Shown: positions 51,005 through 60,918, counted from the first letter of the stretch. The stretch is 64,000 bases of DNA from Solirubrobacteraceae bacterium (GCA_035702755.1 DASSZQ010000331.1:478-64477); one strand, 5' to 3'. A program made the numbers and translations. The notes: generated from the sequence alone by a model not told the origin.

Positions 51005-52072
51005 ATGGAACAACCAGGAGACGTACCGGAGCTTTTCGGCTCAGAGCAGCTCGTGCTCTGCCGCGACGACGAGGTGGGCCTGCGGGCGGTCATCGCCATC
51101 GACGACACCACCCTCGGCCCCGGCCTGGGCGGCGTGCGCTACCGCGCGTACCCCAGTGAGGCCGCCGGTGTCCTGGAGTGCCAGCGGCTCGCCGCCGCCA
51201 TGACGCTGAAGAACGCCGTCGCCGAGCTGCCCTTCGGCGGCGCCAAGTCGGTCATCCTCAAGGCCGGTCCGGTCGCCGACCGCGAGGCGCTCATGCGCCG
51301 CTTCGGCGAGTTCGTCGCTCGCACCGCCGGCGCCTACCTCCCGGGCGTCGACATGGGCACGACGACCGAGGACCTGGCCCACATCGGCGACGCGGGCGCA
51401 ACCGTCTCCTGCTCGGAGAAGGACCCCTCCCCGTGGACGGCGCTCGGCGTCGCCGCCGCCATCCGCGCCGCCGTCGCCCACGTCGACAAGCGCAGCGGCA
51501 TCGAGGGCGTGCGCGTCCTGATCCAGGGCGCCGGGCACGTCGGCGGCACGCTCGCCCGTGACCTCGCCGCCGACGGCGCGCAGATCGTGCTCGCCGACAT
51601 CGACACCGAGCGCGCCGCCGCGCTCGCTGAGGAGGTGGGCGGCACGACGGTCGCCGCCACCGCCGTCCTTGACACCCCGTGCGATGTGTTCGCCCCGTGC
51701 GCGGTCGCCCGCGTGGCCGCCGAGGAGACCGTCGACCGCCTCGCCTGCCGGATCATCGCCGGCGCCGCCAACGACACACTGGCCCACCGTGCGGTCGCCG
51801 ACGCCCTCCAGGCCCGGGGGATCGTCTACGTGCCGGACTTCGTCGCCAACGCCGGCGGCGTCATCGACATCCACGCGCTGCGCGCCGGCTGGGACGAGGC
51901 TCAGCTGGAATCCGCCGTCGCCGCCATCGGCGACCGGGTGCGCGAGCTGCTGGAGCGCGCCGACGCCACCGCCCAGACGCCGCTCACCGTCGCCGAGCAG
52001 CGGGCCGCCGAGATCCTCGCCCGCGCCCGGGCCGCAGGTCGCGCCGGCACCCGCGCCGGGGTGGCGGCATGA
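51005..52072 (+). CDS. Leucine/valine/phenylalanine dehydrogenase family (Glu/Leu/Phe/Val DH)
   Basis: ATG 51005 is preceded by GGGAGGAA. IAIDDTTLGPGLGGVRYRAY...MTLKNAVAELPFGGAKSVI (catalytic Lys region). The Rossmann motif is IQGAGHVGGTLA. Confidence 0.85.
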   Translation: MEQPGDVPELFGSEQLVLCRDDEVGLRAVIAIDDTTLGPGLGGVRYRAYPSEAAGVLECQRLAAAMTLKNAVAELPFGGAKSVILKAGPVADREALMRRFGEFVARTAGAYLPGVDMGTTTEDLAHIGDAGATVSCSEKDPSPWTALGVAAAIRAAVAHVDKRSGIEGVRVLIQGAGHVGGTLARDLAADGAQIVLADIDTERAAALAEEVGGTTVAATAVLDTPCDVFAPCAVARVAAEETVDRLACRIIAGAANDTLAHRAVADALQARGIVYVPDFVANAGGVIDIHALRAGWDEAQLESAVAAIGDRVRELLERADATAQTPLTVAEQRAAEILARARAAGRAGTRAGVAA

Positions 52073-55000
52073 GCGTCTCCACCACCCGCCCCCTCGACGC
52101 CCAGGGCGCCCCCGGCGTTGACCTGCGCCCGGTCACCCTCGAGGACCGCTACGCCGCCGCCTCCGGGCCGATCCTGCTCTCCGGGATCCAGGCGCTGGTG
52201 CGCGTCATGCTTGACCAGCGCCGCCTGGACGAGCGCCGCGGCCATGACACCGGCGTGTTCGTCAGCGGCTATCAGGGCTCGCCGCTCGGCGGCCTTGACC
52301 AGGAGCTGCGCCGCTCCCAGCGCTGGCTTGACCCCGCCGGCATCGTCTTCACCCCCGGCCTCAACGAGGAACTGGCGGCGACCGCCGTCGGCGGCACCCA
52401 GCTGCTCGGCGAGCTGGCCGGCGCCCGCAAGGAGGGCGTGACCGGCTTCTGGTTTGGCAAGAACCCGGGTCTTGACCGCGCCACCGACGCCATCCGTCAC
52501 GCCACGCTCACCGGCACCGCCCCGCTCGGCGGCGCCGTGGCCCTCATCGGCGATGACCCCTCCAGCAAATCCTCGACGGTGCCGAGCTCCTGCGAGGCGA
52601 TCTGCCGCAGCCTGGTGATGCCGCTGCTCGCCCCCGGCAGCGTCGCCGAGATCATCGCCTTCGGCCTGCACGCGGTCGCGCTGTCTCGCCACGCCGGGCT
52701 GTGGACCGGGATGAAGATCGTCGCCGACATCGCCGACGCGTCGATGACGGTCACCGCCGGCGAGGCCCTGGAGCTGATCCCGGAGCTGGAGCCACGGCCC
52801 CCGCGCCCGGCCCCGGTGCTCCTGCCGCCGACCAACCTCGACGCCGAGCAGGACCTGATGACCGCCCGGCTGGACCGCGTCCATGAGTACGCGCGGCTGG
52901 TCTCGCTCAACCGCATCGTGTGTGAACCGGCGCGGCCGCGGATCGGCGTCGTCGCCGCCGGCATGGGCCATCAGGCGCTGCTGCGCGCCCTGGATGACCT
53001 CGCCATCGACGCCGACGCCCGCGAGGCGCTCGGCCTGCGCATCATCGCGCTGGGGATGCCGTGGCCGCTTGAGCCCAGCGTTGTGCGCGAGCTCACCGCC
53101 GATCTGGAAACGGTGCTCGTCATCGAGGACAAGCTCCCGTTCGTCGAGGCCCAGCTCAAGGAGGCGCTGTACCGCGCCCCGCACCAGCCGCTCGTCATCG
53201 GCAAGGCCGACGCCGAGGGCCGCCCGCTGCTGCCGGCGCGCAGCGCCGTCAGCGCCGACCACGTCGCCGGGGCGCTGCTCCGCGTGCTCGGCGACGCCCC
53301 GCTGCCTGAGCGCGTCCAGGCGCGGGCGGCGCGGTGGGCCGACCCGGCCGAGAGCGCGCCCGCGCCCCCAGTCGACGACGTCCGGCGCACCCCGTACTTC
53401 TGCTCCGGCTGCCCGCACAACACCTCGACGCGGGCGAGCGGCGATCAGCTCGTCGGTGTCGGCATCGGCTGTCACACGATGGTCGCGCTCGACGGCTCTG
53501 ACCGCCGCGGCAAGCTGCTGGGGATGTCGCAGATGGGCGGCGAGGGCGCCCAATGGATCGGCCTGGCGCCGTTCTGCTCAGAGCCCCACTTCATCCAGAA
53601 CATGGGCGACGGCACCTTCCACCACTCCGGCTCGCTCGCCATCCGGGCCGCGGTCGCCGCCGGCGCCAACATGACCTACCGCCTGCTCTACAACGACGCC
53701 GTGGCCATGACCGGCGGCCAGACGCCCGCCGGCAAGCTGCCGGTGCCGGCGCTGGTGGCCGAGCTGGCGCTTGAGGGGGTCAAGCGCGTCATCGTCACCA
53801 CGCCGGAGCCGGAGCGCTACCGCGGGGTGGCGCTTGATCCGATCGCCACCGTCCGCCACCGGGACGACCTGGACGCCGCCCAGCGCGAGCTCGCCGCCAT
53901 CCCCGGCGTCACCGTCCTGTTGCATGACGATCGCTGCGCCACCGAGAAGCGGCGGATGCGCAAGCGCGGCAAGCTGGACACCCCGCCGGAGCGCGTCTGG
54001 ATCAACGAGCGCGTGTGCGAGGGGTGCGGCGACTGCGGCGATCAGTCCAGCTGCCTGTCGGTGATCCCGGTGGCGACCGAGTTCGGCCGCAAGACCCAGA
54101 TCCACCAGAGCTCATGCAACCAGGACTTCTCCTGCATCAAGGGCGACTGCCCGTCGTTTGTCATGGTCACCCCGGGCGGGCCGCCGCCCAAGCCCCAGGC
54201 CCCGGCACCCCCGGAGCAGCTGCCGGCCCCCGTCCTGCGCTTCGCCGATGAGGTGCTCATCCGCATGCCCGGCGTCGGCGGCACCGGCGTCGTCACCGTC
54301 TCGGCCATCCTGCAGATGGCCGCCCACCTCCAGGGCCGGCACGCCGCCGGCCTGGAGCAGACCGGCCTGGCCCAGAAGGGCGGTCCGGTCATCTCTGACC
54401 TCCGCATCTCCACCGCGCCGATCGACGGCCAGCTGAAGGCCAGCCGCGGCGAGGTCGACGTGCTGCTCGGCTTTGACCTGCTCGGCGCCAGCACCCCGGA
54501 CACGCTGGGCACCGTCGACCCGGAGCGCACGGTGGCCGTGCTCAATACCGACATCTCCCCCACCGCCGCCCAGGTGACCTCCCCGGACGCCCCGCGGGCC
54601 CGGGCCGAGCGGCTGGTGGCGCGCGTGCTCCGTGCCACCCGCGGCGATGACGCCTTCACCCTGGCCGCCGAGACCGTGTCCGAGCGCCTGTTCGGCGACC
54701 ACATGCCGGTCAACATGATCCTCGTCGGTGCCGCGCTGCAGCATGGCTGCCTGCCGCTGGATCCGGCGGCCGTGGAGCGCGCGATCGAGCTCAACGGCGC
54801 CGCCGTCGAGGTCAACCGGGCCGCCTTCCGCTGGGGCCGCGCCGCGGTCGCCGCTCCGGAGGCGCTCCAGGCGGCGATGGCCGCCGCCACCCCGGAGCCG
54901 GCTGCCCATCGGCCGAGCCCGGCCGCCGGCGCGCTGCTCGTCTCCCTGGGCGCGCCCGCCGAGCTGCGCGGCCTGCTTGAGCGCCGCGTCGATGAGCTCA

Positions 55001-55629
55001 TCGCCTACCAGGACGAGCGCTACGCCCGCGAGTACGCCGCCGAGGTGGTGCGGGTGGCCGCGCTGGAGCGCGAGCGCGCCGGCGACGACAGCCTGCGCGT
55101 CGCCGAGGCCTACGCCCGCGGCCTGTACAAGCTGATGGCCTACAAGGACGAGTACGAGGTCGCCCGCCTGCACCTCGACGCGGTGGAGCAGGCCCGGCTG
55201 ACCGCCGAGTTCGGCCCGGACGCCAAGATCGAGACGCTGCTGCATCCGCCGCTGCTGCGGGCGATGGGCCTGAAGCGAAAGCTCCGCCTCGGCCGCTCGG
55301 CGGCGCCGCTGTTCACCGGCCTGCGCGCCGCCCGCCGCCTGCGCGGCACGCCGCTTGATCCCTTCGGCTACGCCGCCGTGCGCCGCGCCGAGCGTGAGCT
55401 CATCGGCGAGTACCGCGCCCTGGTCACCCGCGCGCTGGAGCGCCTGGACGCCGGCACCGTCGAGCTCGTCGCCGAGGTCGCCGGGCTGCCGGACATGGTG
55501 CGCGGCTATGAGCAGATCAAGCTGGACAACATCGAGCGCATGCGCCGCCGGGCCGCCGAGCTGACCGCCCGCCTGGCGGAGTCGGCCGAGCCGGCGCCGC
55601 GGGGCGAGGCCGCCGCCGCGCTGCGCTGA
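52069..55629 (+). CDS. Indolepyruvate/2-oxoacid:ferredoxin oxidoreductase family protein (fused IOR-type, about 1186 aa)
   Basis: Its start overlaps the dehydrogenase stop (ATGA). LEDRYAAASGPILLSGIQALVRVMLDQRRLD is the typical N-terminus of large IOR-family proteins. Also present are the TPP region GCHTM...MGGEG, the ferredoxin-like Cys cluster CEGCGDCGDQSSC and a C-terminal DUF-like tail. Confidence 0.85.
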   Translation: MSVSTTRPLDAQGAPGVDLRPVTLEDRYAAASGPILLSGIQALVRVMLDQRRLDERRGHDTGVFVSGYQGSPLGGLDQELRRSQRWLDPAGIVFTPGLNEELAATAVGGTQLLGELAGARKEGVTGFWFGKNPGLDRATDAIRHATLTGTAPLGGAVALIGDDPSSKSSTVPSSCEAICRSLVMPLLAPGSVAEIIAFGLHAVALSRHAGLWTGMKIVADIADASMTVTAGEALELIPELEPRPPRPAPVLLPPTNLDAEQDLMTARLDRVHEYARLVSLNRIVCEPARPRIGVVAAGMGHQALLRALDDLAIDADAREALGLRIIALGMPWPLEPSVVRELTADLETVLVIEDKLPFVEAQLKEALYRAPHQPLVIGKADAEGRPLLPARSAVSADHVAGALLRVLGDAPLPERVQARAARWADPAESAPAPPVDDVRRTPYFCSGCPHNTSTRASGDQLVGVGIGCHTMVALDGSDRRGKLLGMSQMGGEGAQWIGLAPFCSEPHFIQNMGDGTFHHSGSLAIRAAVAAGANMTYRLLYNDAVAMTGGQTPAGKLPVPALVAELALEGVKRVIVTTPEPERYRGVALDPIATVRHRDDLDAAQRELAAIPGVTVLLHDDRCATEKRRMRKRGKLDTPPERVWINERVCEGCGDCGDQSSCLSVIPVATEFGRKTQIHQSSCNQDFSCIKGDCPSFVMVTPGGPPPKPQAPAPPEQLPAPVLRFADEVLIRMPGVGGTGVVTVSAILQMAAHLQGRHAAGLEQTGLAQKGGPVISDLRISTAPIDGQLKASRGEVDVLLGFDLLGASTPDTLGTVDPERTVAVLNTDISPTAAQVTSPDAPRARAERLVARVLRATRGDDAFTLAAETVSERLFGDHMPVNMILVGAALQHGCLPLDPAAVERAIELNGAAVEVNRAAFRWGRAAVAAPEALQAAMAAATPEPAAHRPSPAAGALLVSLGAPAELRGLLERRVDELIAYQDERYAREYAAEVVRVAALERERAGDDSLRVAEAYARGLYKLMAYKDEYEVARLHLDAVEQARLTAEFGPDAKIETLLHPPLLRAMGLKRKLRLGRSAAPLFTGLRAARRLRGTPLDPFGYAAVRRAERELIGEYRALVTRALERLDAGTVELVAEVAGLPDMVRGYEQIKLDNIERMRRRAAELTARLAESAEPAPRGEAAAALR

Positions 55630-55638
55630 GAACCGCGG

Positions 55639-56301
55639 TCACCCCAGCGGGCACACGCCGAGGTCGCGCTGCACCGCACCGGGCAGATGCGTCACCGGGC
55701 AGCGGTAGGCGCTGCCGGCGAACACCATCTTCCAGCGGTTGGCGCGCACGCGGTGAAACACGGTCACGCCGTTGGCCAGCCACCGCTGGCAGCGCGAGGC
55801 GGCGCTGAAGCGGATCGTGCCGTAGTTGGCGTTGGCGGCGGCGATGAGCACCGCCACGCACGGCTGCTCGGCCTTGGGCGCGCCGAACGCCATGAGGATC
55901 CCCGCCCGCTGGGCGCGGGTGGCCGCCACCGTGTCTGAGGACAGCCGCGCGCGCCAGTGCAGCAGCCCGCTGTCGCAGTCGCCGGTCAGGTCGCGCTCGG
56001 TCCCGGTCGCCCGCCCGCCGGAGAGAAAGCGCCCGGTGATCGTGAACTGCTGGGTGTGGTAGGCGAAGCGGCCGTGGCGGATGGCCATCGTGGCCGGGAC
56101 CGGCGTGCCGGTGGCCAGGCCCGGGCAGCGGTTGACGAACACAAACTGGCTGACCTTGCCGCCGGAGACCGCAAACGCCATCTCGGCGTTCCCGGCCAGC
56201 CCGGTGTAGGTCTGCGTCGTCGTCCGCCCCCAGCCGACGGCGCTCAGGGCGGCCAGGGCGGCGACCAGCCCACCGATCAGCACGACGATGCGCTGCCGCA
56301 T
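55639..56301 (-). CDS. Secreted hypothetical protein
   Basis: 220 aa. Signal peptide MRQRIVVLIGGLVAALAALSAVGWG. Eight Cys residues. No recognisable family. Confidence 0.55.
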   Translation of the reverse strand: MRQRIVVLIGGLVAALAALSAVGWGRTTTQTYTGLAGNAEMAFAVSGGKVSQFVFVNRCPGLATGTPVPATMAIRHGRFAYHTQQFTITGRFLSGGRATGTERDLTGDCDSGLLHWRARLSSDTVAATRAQRAGILMAFGAPKAEQPCVAVLIAAANANYGTIRFSAASRCQRWLANGVTVFHRVRANRWKMVFAGSAYRCPVTHLPGAVQRDLGVCPLG

Positions 56302-56406
56302 GCTCTCTCCTTACCTCGGTGGGGCGACGCGGGGTGCGCCGGTCCCCGGTGAGGCGGCAACCTACCACGGCCGTGCCGGCTCAGCGGGCCGGCGCCGGCG
56401 CCGTGG

Positions 56407-57774
56407 CTATTCGATCGGCCAGCCGTGATCGGCCCACGTCCCCACGCCGCCGTCGGCGACGTGGATCACCGCCTCGGCGCCGTGGCGGCGCAGCAGCGAG
56501 GCGGCGACGGCGCTGCGCTGTCCGGAGGAACAGATCGCCGCCACCGGACGCGTGGGGTTGAGCACCTGCGGGATGGCGTCCAGGTCGTGGTAGGGCGTGT
56601 GCACCGAGCCGGGGATGTGGCCCTGCTCCCACTCGTCGGCACCGCGCACGTCGAGGATCTGCACATCGCCGGCGCGCTCGCGCAGCTCGCCGACGGTGAT
56701 GCGCTCCACCCGGTCGATGGGGTGCTTCTCCTCCCGCCAGCTCGTCATCCCGCCGCGGAGGTAGCCGGCCACGTTGCGGATGCCGACCGCCGCCGCCAGG
56801 CGCACCGCCCGCAGCGCGTCCGCGTCGTCGCGGCCGATGAACACCACCTGCTGGTCGCGATCGGCGACCCACGCCAGCTTGGTGCCAAAGCCGGCGCGCA
56901 CCGCCGGGTTGCAGACCGCGCCGGGGATGTGGGCGTCATCGAACTGCAGGTCGGTGCGCACGTCGACGAGCAGCGCGCCGGCGGCCTGCTGGGCCTGCAC
57001 CTGGCGGGGCGTCAGCGCCTCGGCCTGCGCGGTCCCGTCCGACAGCGGGCCCCGGTTCAGCGCCACGATCGCCTTGAAGTTCGGCGGCTGGGGACCGAGC
57101 GCCGACGTCGTCTTTAGGACAAACGCCCGCTCGTCGTCGATCTGCAGCAGCCGGTTGTGGGCGCGCTCGTAGGCGACCGTCGAGGAGACCTTCATGTCCA
57201 TGCCCGGCCCGCCGCACAGCGACCCGCCGAGGTGCCCGGGCCACACCTCGCACTCTCCCGGCAGCGACAGCAGCGTGTCGTGCAGGGAGTGGAAGATGCC
57301 CTGCGCGCCCTCCTCCTTGTCGACGGCGAGATCCGGGCGGGCGATGTCGCCGACAAACAGCGTGTCGCCGCTGAGCACCGCCCACGGCTCCGGGCCGCGC
57401 GCGGTGTCGATGAGCGCGAACGCCGTGTGCTCCGGCCGGTGCCCGGGCGTGTGCAGCGCGCGCACGCGCACCGACCCCAGCTCCAGCTCAAAGCCGTCGT
57501 CGAAGGGCTCATGCTCGTAGTCCGGCTCGGCGAGCCGGTTGATGTGGATGGTGGCCCCGGTGGCGGCGGCCAGCCGCCCGTGCCCGGAGACGTGGTCGGC
57601 GTGGTTGTGGGTCTCCAGGATGTGCTCGATGCGCACGCCCATGTAGCGGGCCAGCGCGAGGTACTCCTCAATCTCCAGCTTGGGATCGACGACGGCGGCC
57701 ACCCCGGCGTTCTCGTCGCCGATGAGATACGACGCGCAGCCGAGATCGTCGTGGGTGATCTGGCGAAAGATCAT
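56407..57774 (-). CDS. Persulfide dioxygenase (MBL fold) fused to two rhodanese domains (CstB-like)
   Basis: The N-terminus MIFRQITHDDLGCASYLIGD...ILETHNHADHVSGHG is the MBL HxHxDH motif of ETHE1-type dioxygenases. The C-terminal rhodanese domains end with the active-site loop AAICSSGQRS. Confidence 0.85.
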   Translation of the reverse strand: MIFRQITHDDLGCASYLIGDENAGVAAVVDPKLEIEEYLALARYMGVRIEHILETHNHADHVSGHGRLAAATGATIHINRLAEPDYEHEPFDDGFELELGSVRVRALHTPGHRPEHTAFALIDTARGPEPWAVLSGDTLFVGDIARPDLAVDKEEGAQGIFHSLHDTLLSLPGECEVWPGHLGGSLCGGPGMDMKVSSTVAYERAHNRLLQIDDERAFVLKTTSALGPQPPNFKAIVALNRGPLSDGTAQAEALTPRQVQAQQAAGALLVDVRTDLQFDDAHIPGAVCNPAVRAGFGTKLAWVADRDQQVVFIGRDDADALRAVRLAAAVGIRNVAGYLRGGMTSWREEKHPIDRVERITVGELRERAGDVQILDVRGADEWEQGHIPGSVHTPYHDLDAIPQVLNPTRPVAAICSSGQRSAVAASLLRRHGAEAVIHVADGGVGTWADHGWPIE

Positions 57775-58112
57775 CGTCCCCTCCGCTTGGAGCCGGAGGC
57801 CAGCGGCAGCCCGGCGCGTGACCAGGCGATGACGCCGCCCCTGACGTTGGCGGCGTCAAGCCCGGCGCCCGAGGCCGCCCGCGTCGCCGCCGCGCTGCGG
57901 CTGCCCGAGCGGCACAGGAAGGCGACCGGGCGTCCGGTGTCAAGCTCGCCGAGCCGCCCGTAGAGCTGCTCCAGCGGGATGTGCTTGGCACCGGCGACGC
58001 GGGCGTGGGCGAGCTCGGCGTGGCCGCGGACATCGACGAGCTGCAGCTCGCCGCGGTCCAGCGCGGCGGCAGCCTCGCTCGGCGTCAGCGATTTCGAGCG
58101 GCGAAAGAGCAT
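57771..58112 (-). CDS. Single-domain rhodanese sulfurtransferase
   Basis: 113 aa with the active-site loop VAFLCRSGSRSAAA. Its stop overlaps the dioxygenase start (ATGA). Confidence 0.8.
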   Translation of the reverse strand: MLFRRSKSLTPSEAAAALDRGELQLVDVRGHAELAHARVAGAKHIPLEQLYGRLGELDTGRPVAFLCRSGSRSAAATRAASGAGLDAANVRGGVIAWSRAGLPLASGSKRRGR

Positions 58113-58186
58113 TCAGACCTCCTTGGGAGGGCGGCGGTGAGGATCAACTACCCATCCACGATGGGGGGAACCCCAGAGTAGCACAT

Positions 58187-58219
58187 CTACTGAGTTGTAT
58201 AGTTGTGTCTACTCAGTAG
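58187..58219. terminator. Perfect 9-bp stem (CTACTGAGT-N15-ACTCAGTAG) in an AT-rich spacer, overlapping the adhE stop codon
   Basis: Read directly. It lies at the 3-prime end of adhE and in the upstream region of the rhodanese/dioxygenase operon. It could be a terminator hairpin or an operator. Confidence 0.45.
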
Positions 58220-60807
58220 GCGGCGGTGAGCAGCTCAACGATCTCGCGCAGCAGCGGGATCCGCGGGTTGGTGCGGATGCTCGGATCGCTGAAGGCGGCG
58301 CGGGCCAGCTCCGGCAGCGCCGCCTGGAAGTCCGCGGCGTCAACCCCGGCCTGGGCCAGGGTCCGGGGCTCCTCCACCTCGTCGAGCAGGCGCTCGACGC
58401 GGGCGAACAGCCGCGCGCGGCGCTCCTCCTCGCCGCGGCCGCCGAGGCCGAGGATCCACGCGATCTGCGCGTACTTCTGCGGCGCCACGTAGGTCGCATA
58501 CCCGGGGGCGGGCATGAACTTCGTCGGCAGCGCGGCGTTGTAGCGCAGGACGTGCGGGAGGAAGATCGCGTTGGCGCGCCCGTGGGCGATGCCAAAGCGG
58601 GCGCCGACGGCGTGCGCGAGCGCGTGGTTGAGTCCGACAAACGCGTTGGAGAAGGCCAGGCCGGCGATGGTGGCGGCATTGGCCATCGCCGTGCGCGCCG
58701 CCAGGTCGGATCCGGCGCGGTAGGCGCGGGGCAGCGCGTCGAGGATGAGGTTGACCGCCTGCATGCAGAAGGCGTCGGTGAACGGCGAGGCGAAGATGGA
58801 GACGGCGGCCTCCAGCGCGTGGGTGAGCGCGTCGATGCCGGTGTCGGCGGTGACGCTCGGCGGCATCGTCAGCGTCAGCTGCGGGTCGACGATCGCCATG
58901 TCCGGGACGAGCGAGTAGTCGACGAGCGTGACCTTGCGCTCACCGACGCTGATGACCGCGGCCGGCGAGACCTCAGACCCGGTGCCGGCCGTCGTGGGGA
59001 TGGCGATCAGTGCAAACGCGTGGGCCTTCTGAGGGAAGGCGGCGATCCGCTTGCGCGCGTCCAGGAACGGCAGCGAGAGCTCGCGGAGGTTGAGCTGCGG
59101 GCTCTCGTGAAACAGGCGCATCGCCTTGGCGGCGTCCATGACCGAGCCGCCACCGACGGCGATGATGGCGTCGGCGTCGGTGCGCTGAAGCTCGGCGACG
59201 CCGGCCCGGATCTGGGCCTCGTCGGGCTCCGGCTCGATCGCGGAGAACACGTGGACGGAGGTGGTGCCGAGGTGGCGGCTGATCTGGGCCGGGACCCCGC
59301 GGGCGTCGCTGGGGCCGTCGGTGACGATCATCGGCCGGCGGACGTCGAGCTGGCGCAGGTTCTCCAGCGCGCCCGGGTTGAAGTACGTGTCCGACGGGAC
59401 GCGGAACCACTGGGGCGGGGTCTGGCGGCGGGAGACGGCCTTGACGTTGAGCAGGTTGCGGTAGTTGACGTTGTCAGTGGTGTTGGAGCCGCCCCACGTG
59501 CCGCAGCCGAGCGAGAACGTCGGCGTCATCGCGTTGTAGACGCCGCCGAGGGCGCCGACCGCGGTGGGGGCGTTGACGAGGATCCGGCCGGTGCGCACCG
59601 TCCGGGCGAAGGCGTCGATCACCGCCTCGTCGCGGGCGTAGACCGCCGAGGTGTGCCCCAGCCCGCCGTGCTCGGTGACGAGCTCGCAGGCCCGGATGGC
59701 GTGCTCCACCGACGGCGAGCGCACGACGCCGAGCACCGGCATCAGCTTCTCGGCGATGAACGGGTGGGCGGCCAGCGCCTCGAGGTCTGAGGGCAGCGGT
59801 GCCAGCAGCACCTTGTCGGCGGCGTCGGCGGAAAAGCCGGCGAGGGCGCCGAGGTTGACGCAGGACTGGCCGAGGACCTGGAGCTGAACCCGGCCGTCAG
59901 GGTCAAAGGACTGCGCGGCCAGCGCCGCCGTCTCCTCGTCGGTCAACAGCCGCGCCCCCATGCGCTGAAACTCGGCGAGCATCTCGTCATAGACGGCGTC
60001 GTCGATGACGCACGTCTGCTCGGCCGGGCAGATGACCGACGAGTCAAACGTCTTGGAGATGAGGATGTCGACGACGGCCATCCCCGTGTCCGCGCTGCGG
60101 TGGACGTAGACGGGGGCGTTGCCGGAGCCGACGCTCAGGCACGGCTTGCCGGCGGCGTTGGCGGCCGCCACCGCCTTGGGGCCGCCGGTCGTCCAGATGA
60201 AGTCAACCCCGGGGTGATGGAAGAGGTACTGGGAGACGTCGAGCGACGGGTCCGGGATGACCTGCAGCGCGTGCGGCGGCAGCCCGGCGGCCTCGCCCGC
60301 CGCCTGGAGCAGCTGCGCGGCCCGCGCCGCGCACCGGGCCGCCCGGGCCGACGGGCGCATGATGAGCGCGTTGCGCGTCTTGGCGCACACGATCGACTTG
60401 AACAGCGCCGTCGAGGTGGGGTTTGTGATCGGCAGCAGCGCCAGCACAACGCCGATCGGCTCCGCGACGTACTGGATCGCCCGCTCCTCGTCCTCGTCGA
60501 TGACACCGACCGACTTCTTGTCCTTGAGGTAGTCGTAGAGGAACTCGGTGGCGATGTAGTTCTTGAGCACCTTGTCCTCAAGCACGCCGAACTGCGTCTC
60601 CTCCATCGCCAGCTCGGCCAGCTCGACGGCGTTCTCCAGGCCGGCAACCGTCATCGCCCACACGATCCGGTCAACGGCCTCCTGATCAAGGCCACGCAAC
60701 TGCTCGGCGGCGGTGCGGGCCCGCTGCACGTACCCATCGAGCCGAGCCGTCCATTCCTTGGTGCCGGCGGCAGACGCATCGGTGACTGCGGTGGCCATCG
60801 CCATCAA
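58213..60807 (-). CDS. adhE: Bifunctional acetaldehyde-CoA / alcohol dehydrogenase
   Basis: 864 aa. The N-terminal ALDH domain (ITNPTSTALFKSI...FDSSVICPAEQ, catalytic Cys) is fused to an iron-type ADH domain (GGGSVMDAAK...HALEA...NHALAH). Confidence 0.9.
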   Translation of the reverse strand: MMAMATAVTDASAAGTKEWTARLDGYVQRARTAAEQLRGLDQEAVDRIVWAMTVAGLENAVELAELAMEETQFGVLEDKVLKNYIATEFLYDYLKDKKSVGVIDEDEERAIQYVAEPIGVVLALLPITNPTSTALFKSIVCAKTRNALIMRPSARAARCAARAAQLLQAAGEAAGLPPHALQVIPDPSLDVSQYLFHHPGVDFIWTTGGPKAVAAANAAGKPCLSVGSGNAPVYVHRSADTGMAVVDILISKTFDSSVICPAEQTCVIDDAVYDEMLAEFQRMGARLLTDEETAALAAQSFDPDGRVQLQVLGQSCVNLGALAGFSADAADKVLLAPLPSDLEALAAHPFIAEKLMPVLGVVRSPSVEHAIRACELVTEHGGLGHTSAVYARDEAVIDAFARTVRTGRILVNAPTAVGALGGVYNAMTPTFSLGCGTWGGSNTTDNVNYRNLLNVKAVSRRQTPPQWFRVPSDTYFNPGALENLRQLDVRRPMIVTDGPSDARGVPAQISRHLGTTSVHVFSAIEPEPDEAQIRAGVAELQRTDADAIIAVGGGSVMDAAKAMRLFHESPQLNLRELSLPFLDARKRIAAFPQKAHAFALIAIPTTAGTGSEVSPAAVISVGERKVTLVDYSLVPDMAIVDPQLTLTMPPSVTADTGIDALTHALEAAVSIFASPFTDAFCMQAVNLILDALPRAYRAGSDLAARTAMANAATIAGLAFSNAFVGLNHALAHAVGARFGIAHGRANAIFLPHVLRYNAALPTKFMPAPGYATYVAPQKYAQIAWILGLGGRGEEERRARLFARVERLLDEVEEPRTLAQAGVDAADFQAALPELARAAFSDPSIRTNPRIPLLREIVELLTAAY

Positions 60808-60918
60808 GGGTCACAGCGGCGTGCCGGGGCCACATCCGGTCTAACTCTGTGCCCGGGCTGGGGAGTTGTCCGCACTCACACGCGCACCGCCGGCCCAGAT
60901 GCGCCACCATGGGCGGGG

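Noticed and set aside
51901-55245. Long minus-strand ORFs (51901..53553, 54042..55001, 54112..55245) inside the IOR gene
   Set aside because: They are antisense to a continuous 1186-aa IOR-family reading frame with TPP and Fe-S motifs and have no motifs of their own.
58195-59790. 531-aa plus-strand ORF across the adhE locus
   Set aside because: It is antisense to adhE, which has unambiguous ALDH and Fe-ADH motifs. It is a shadow ORF.
60838-60890. Possible fifth, partial copy of the element in the adhE / UPF0104 divergent region (GGTCTAACTCTGT ... CCGCACTCAC)
   Set aside because: It shares only two short strings with the most diverged copy (16783-16910), at a spacing 30 nt shorter. It has no TTCGARAT or ATTTCGC box. 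This is too weak to call without a genome-wide model.
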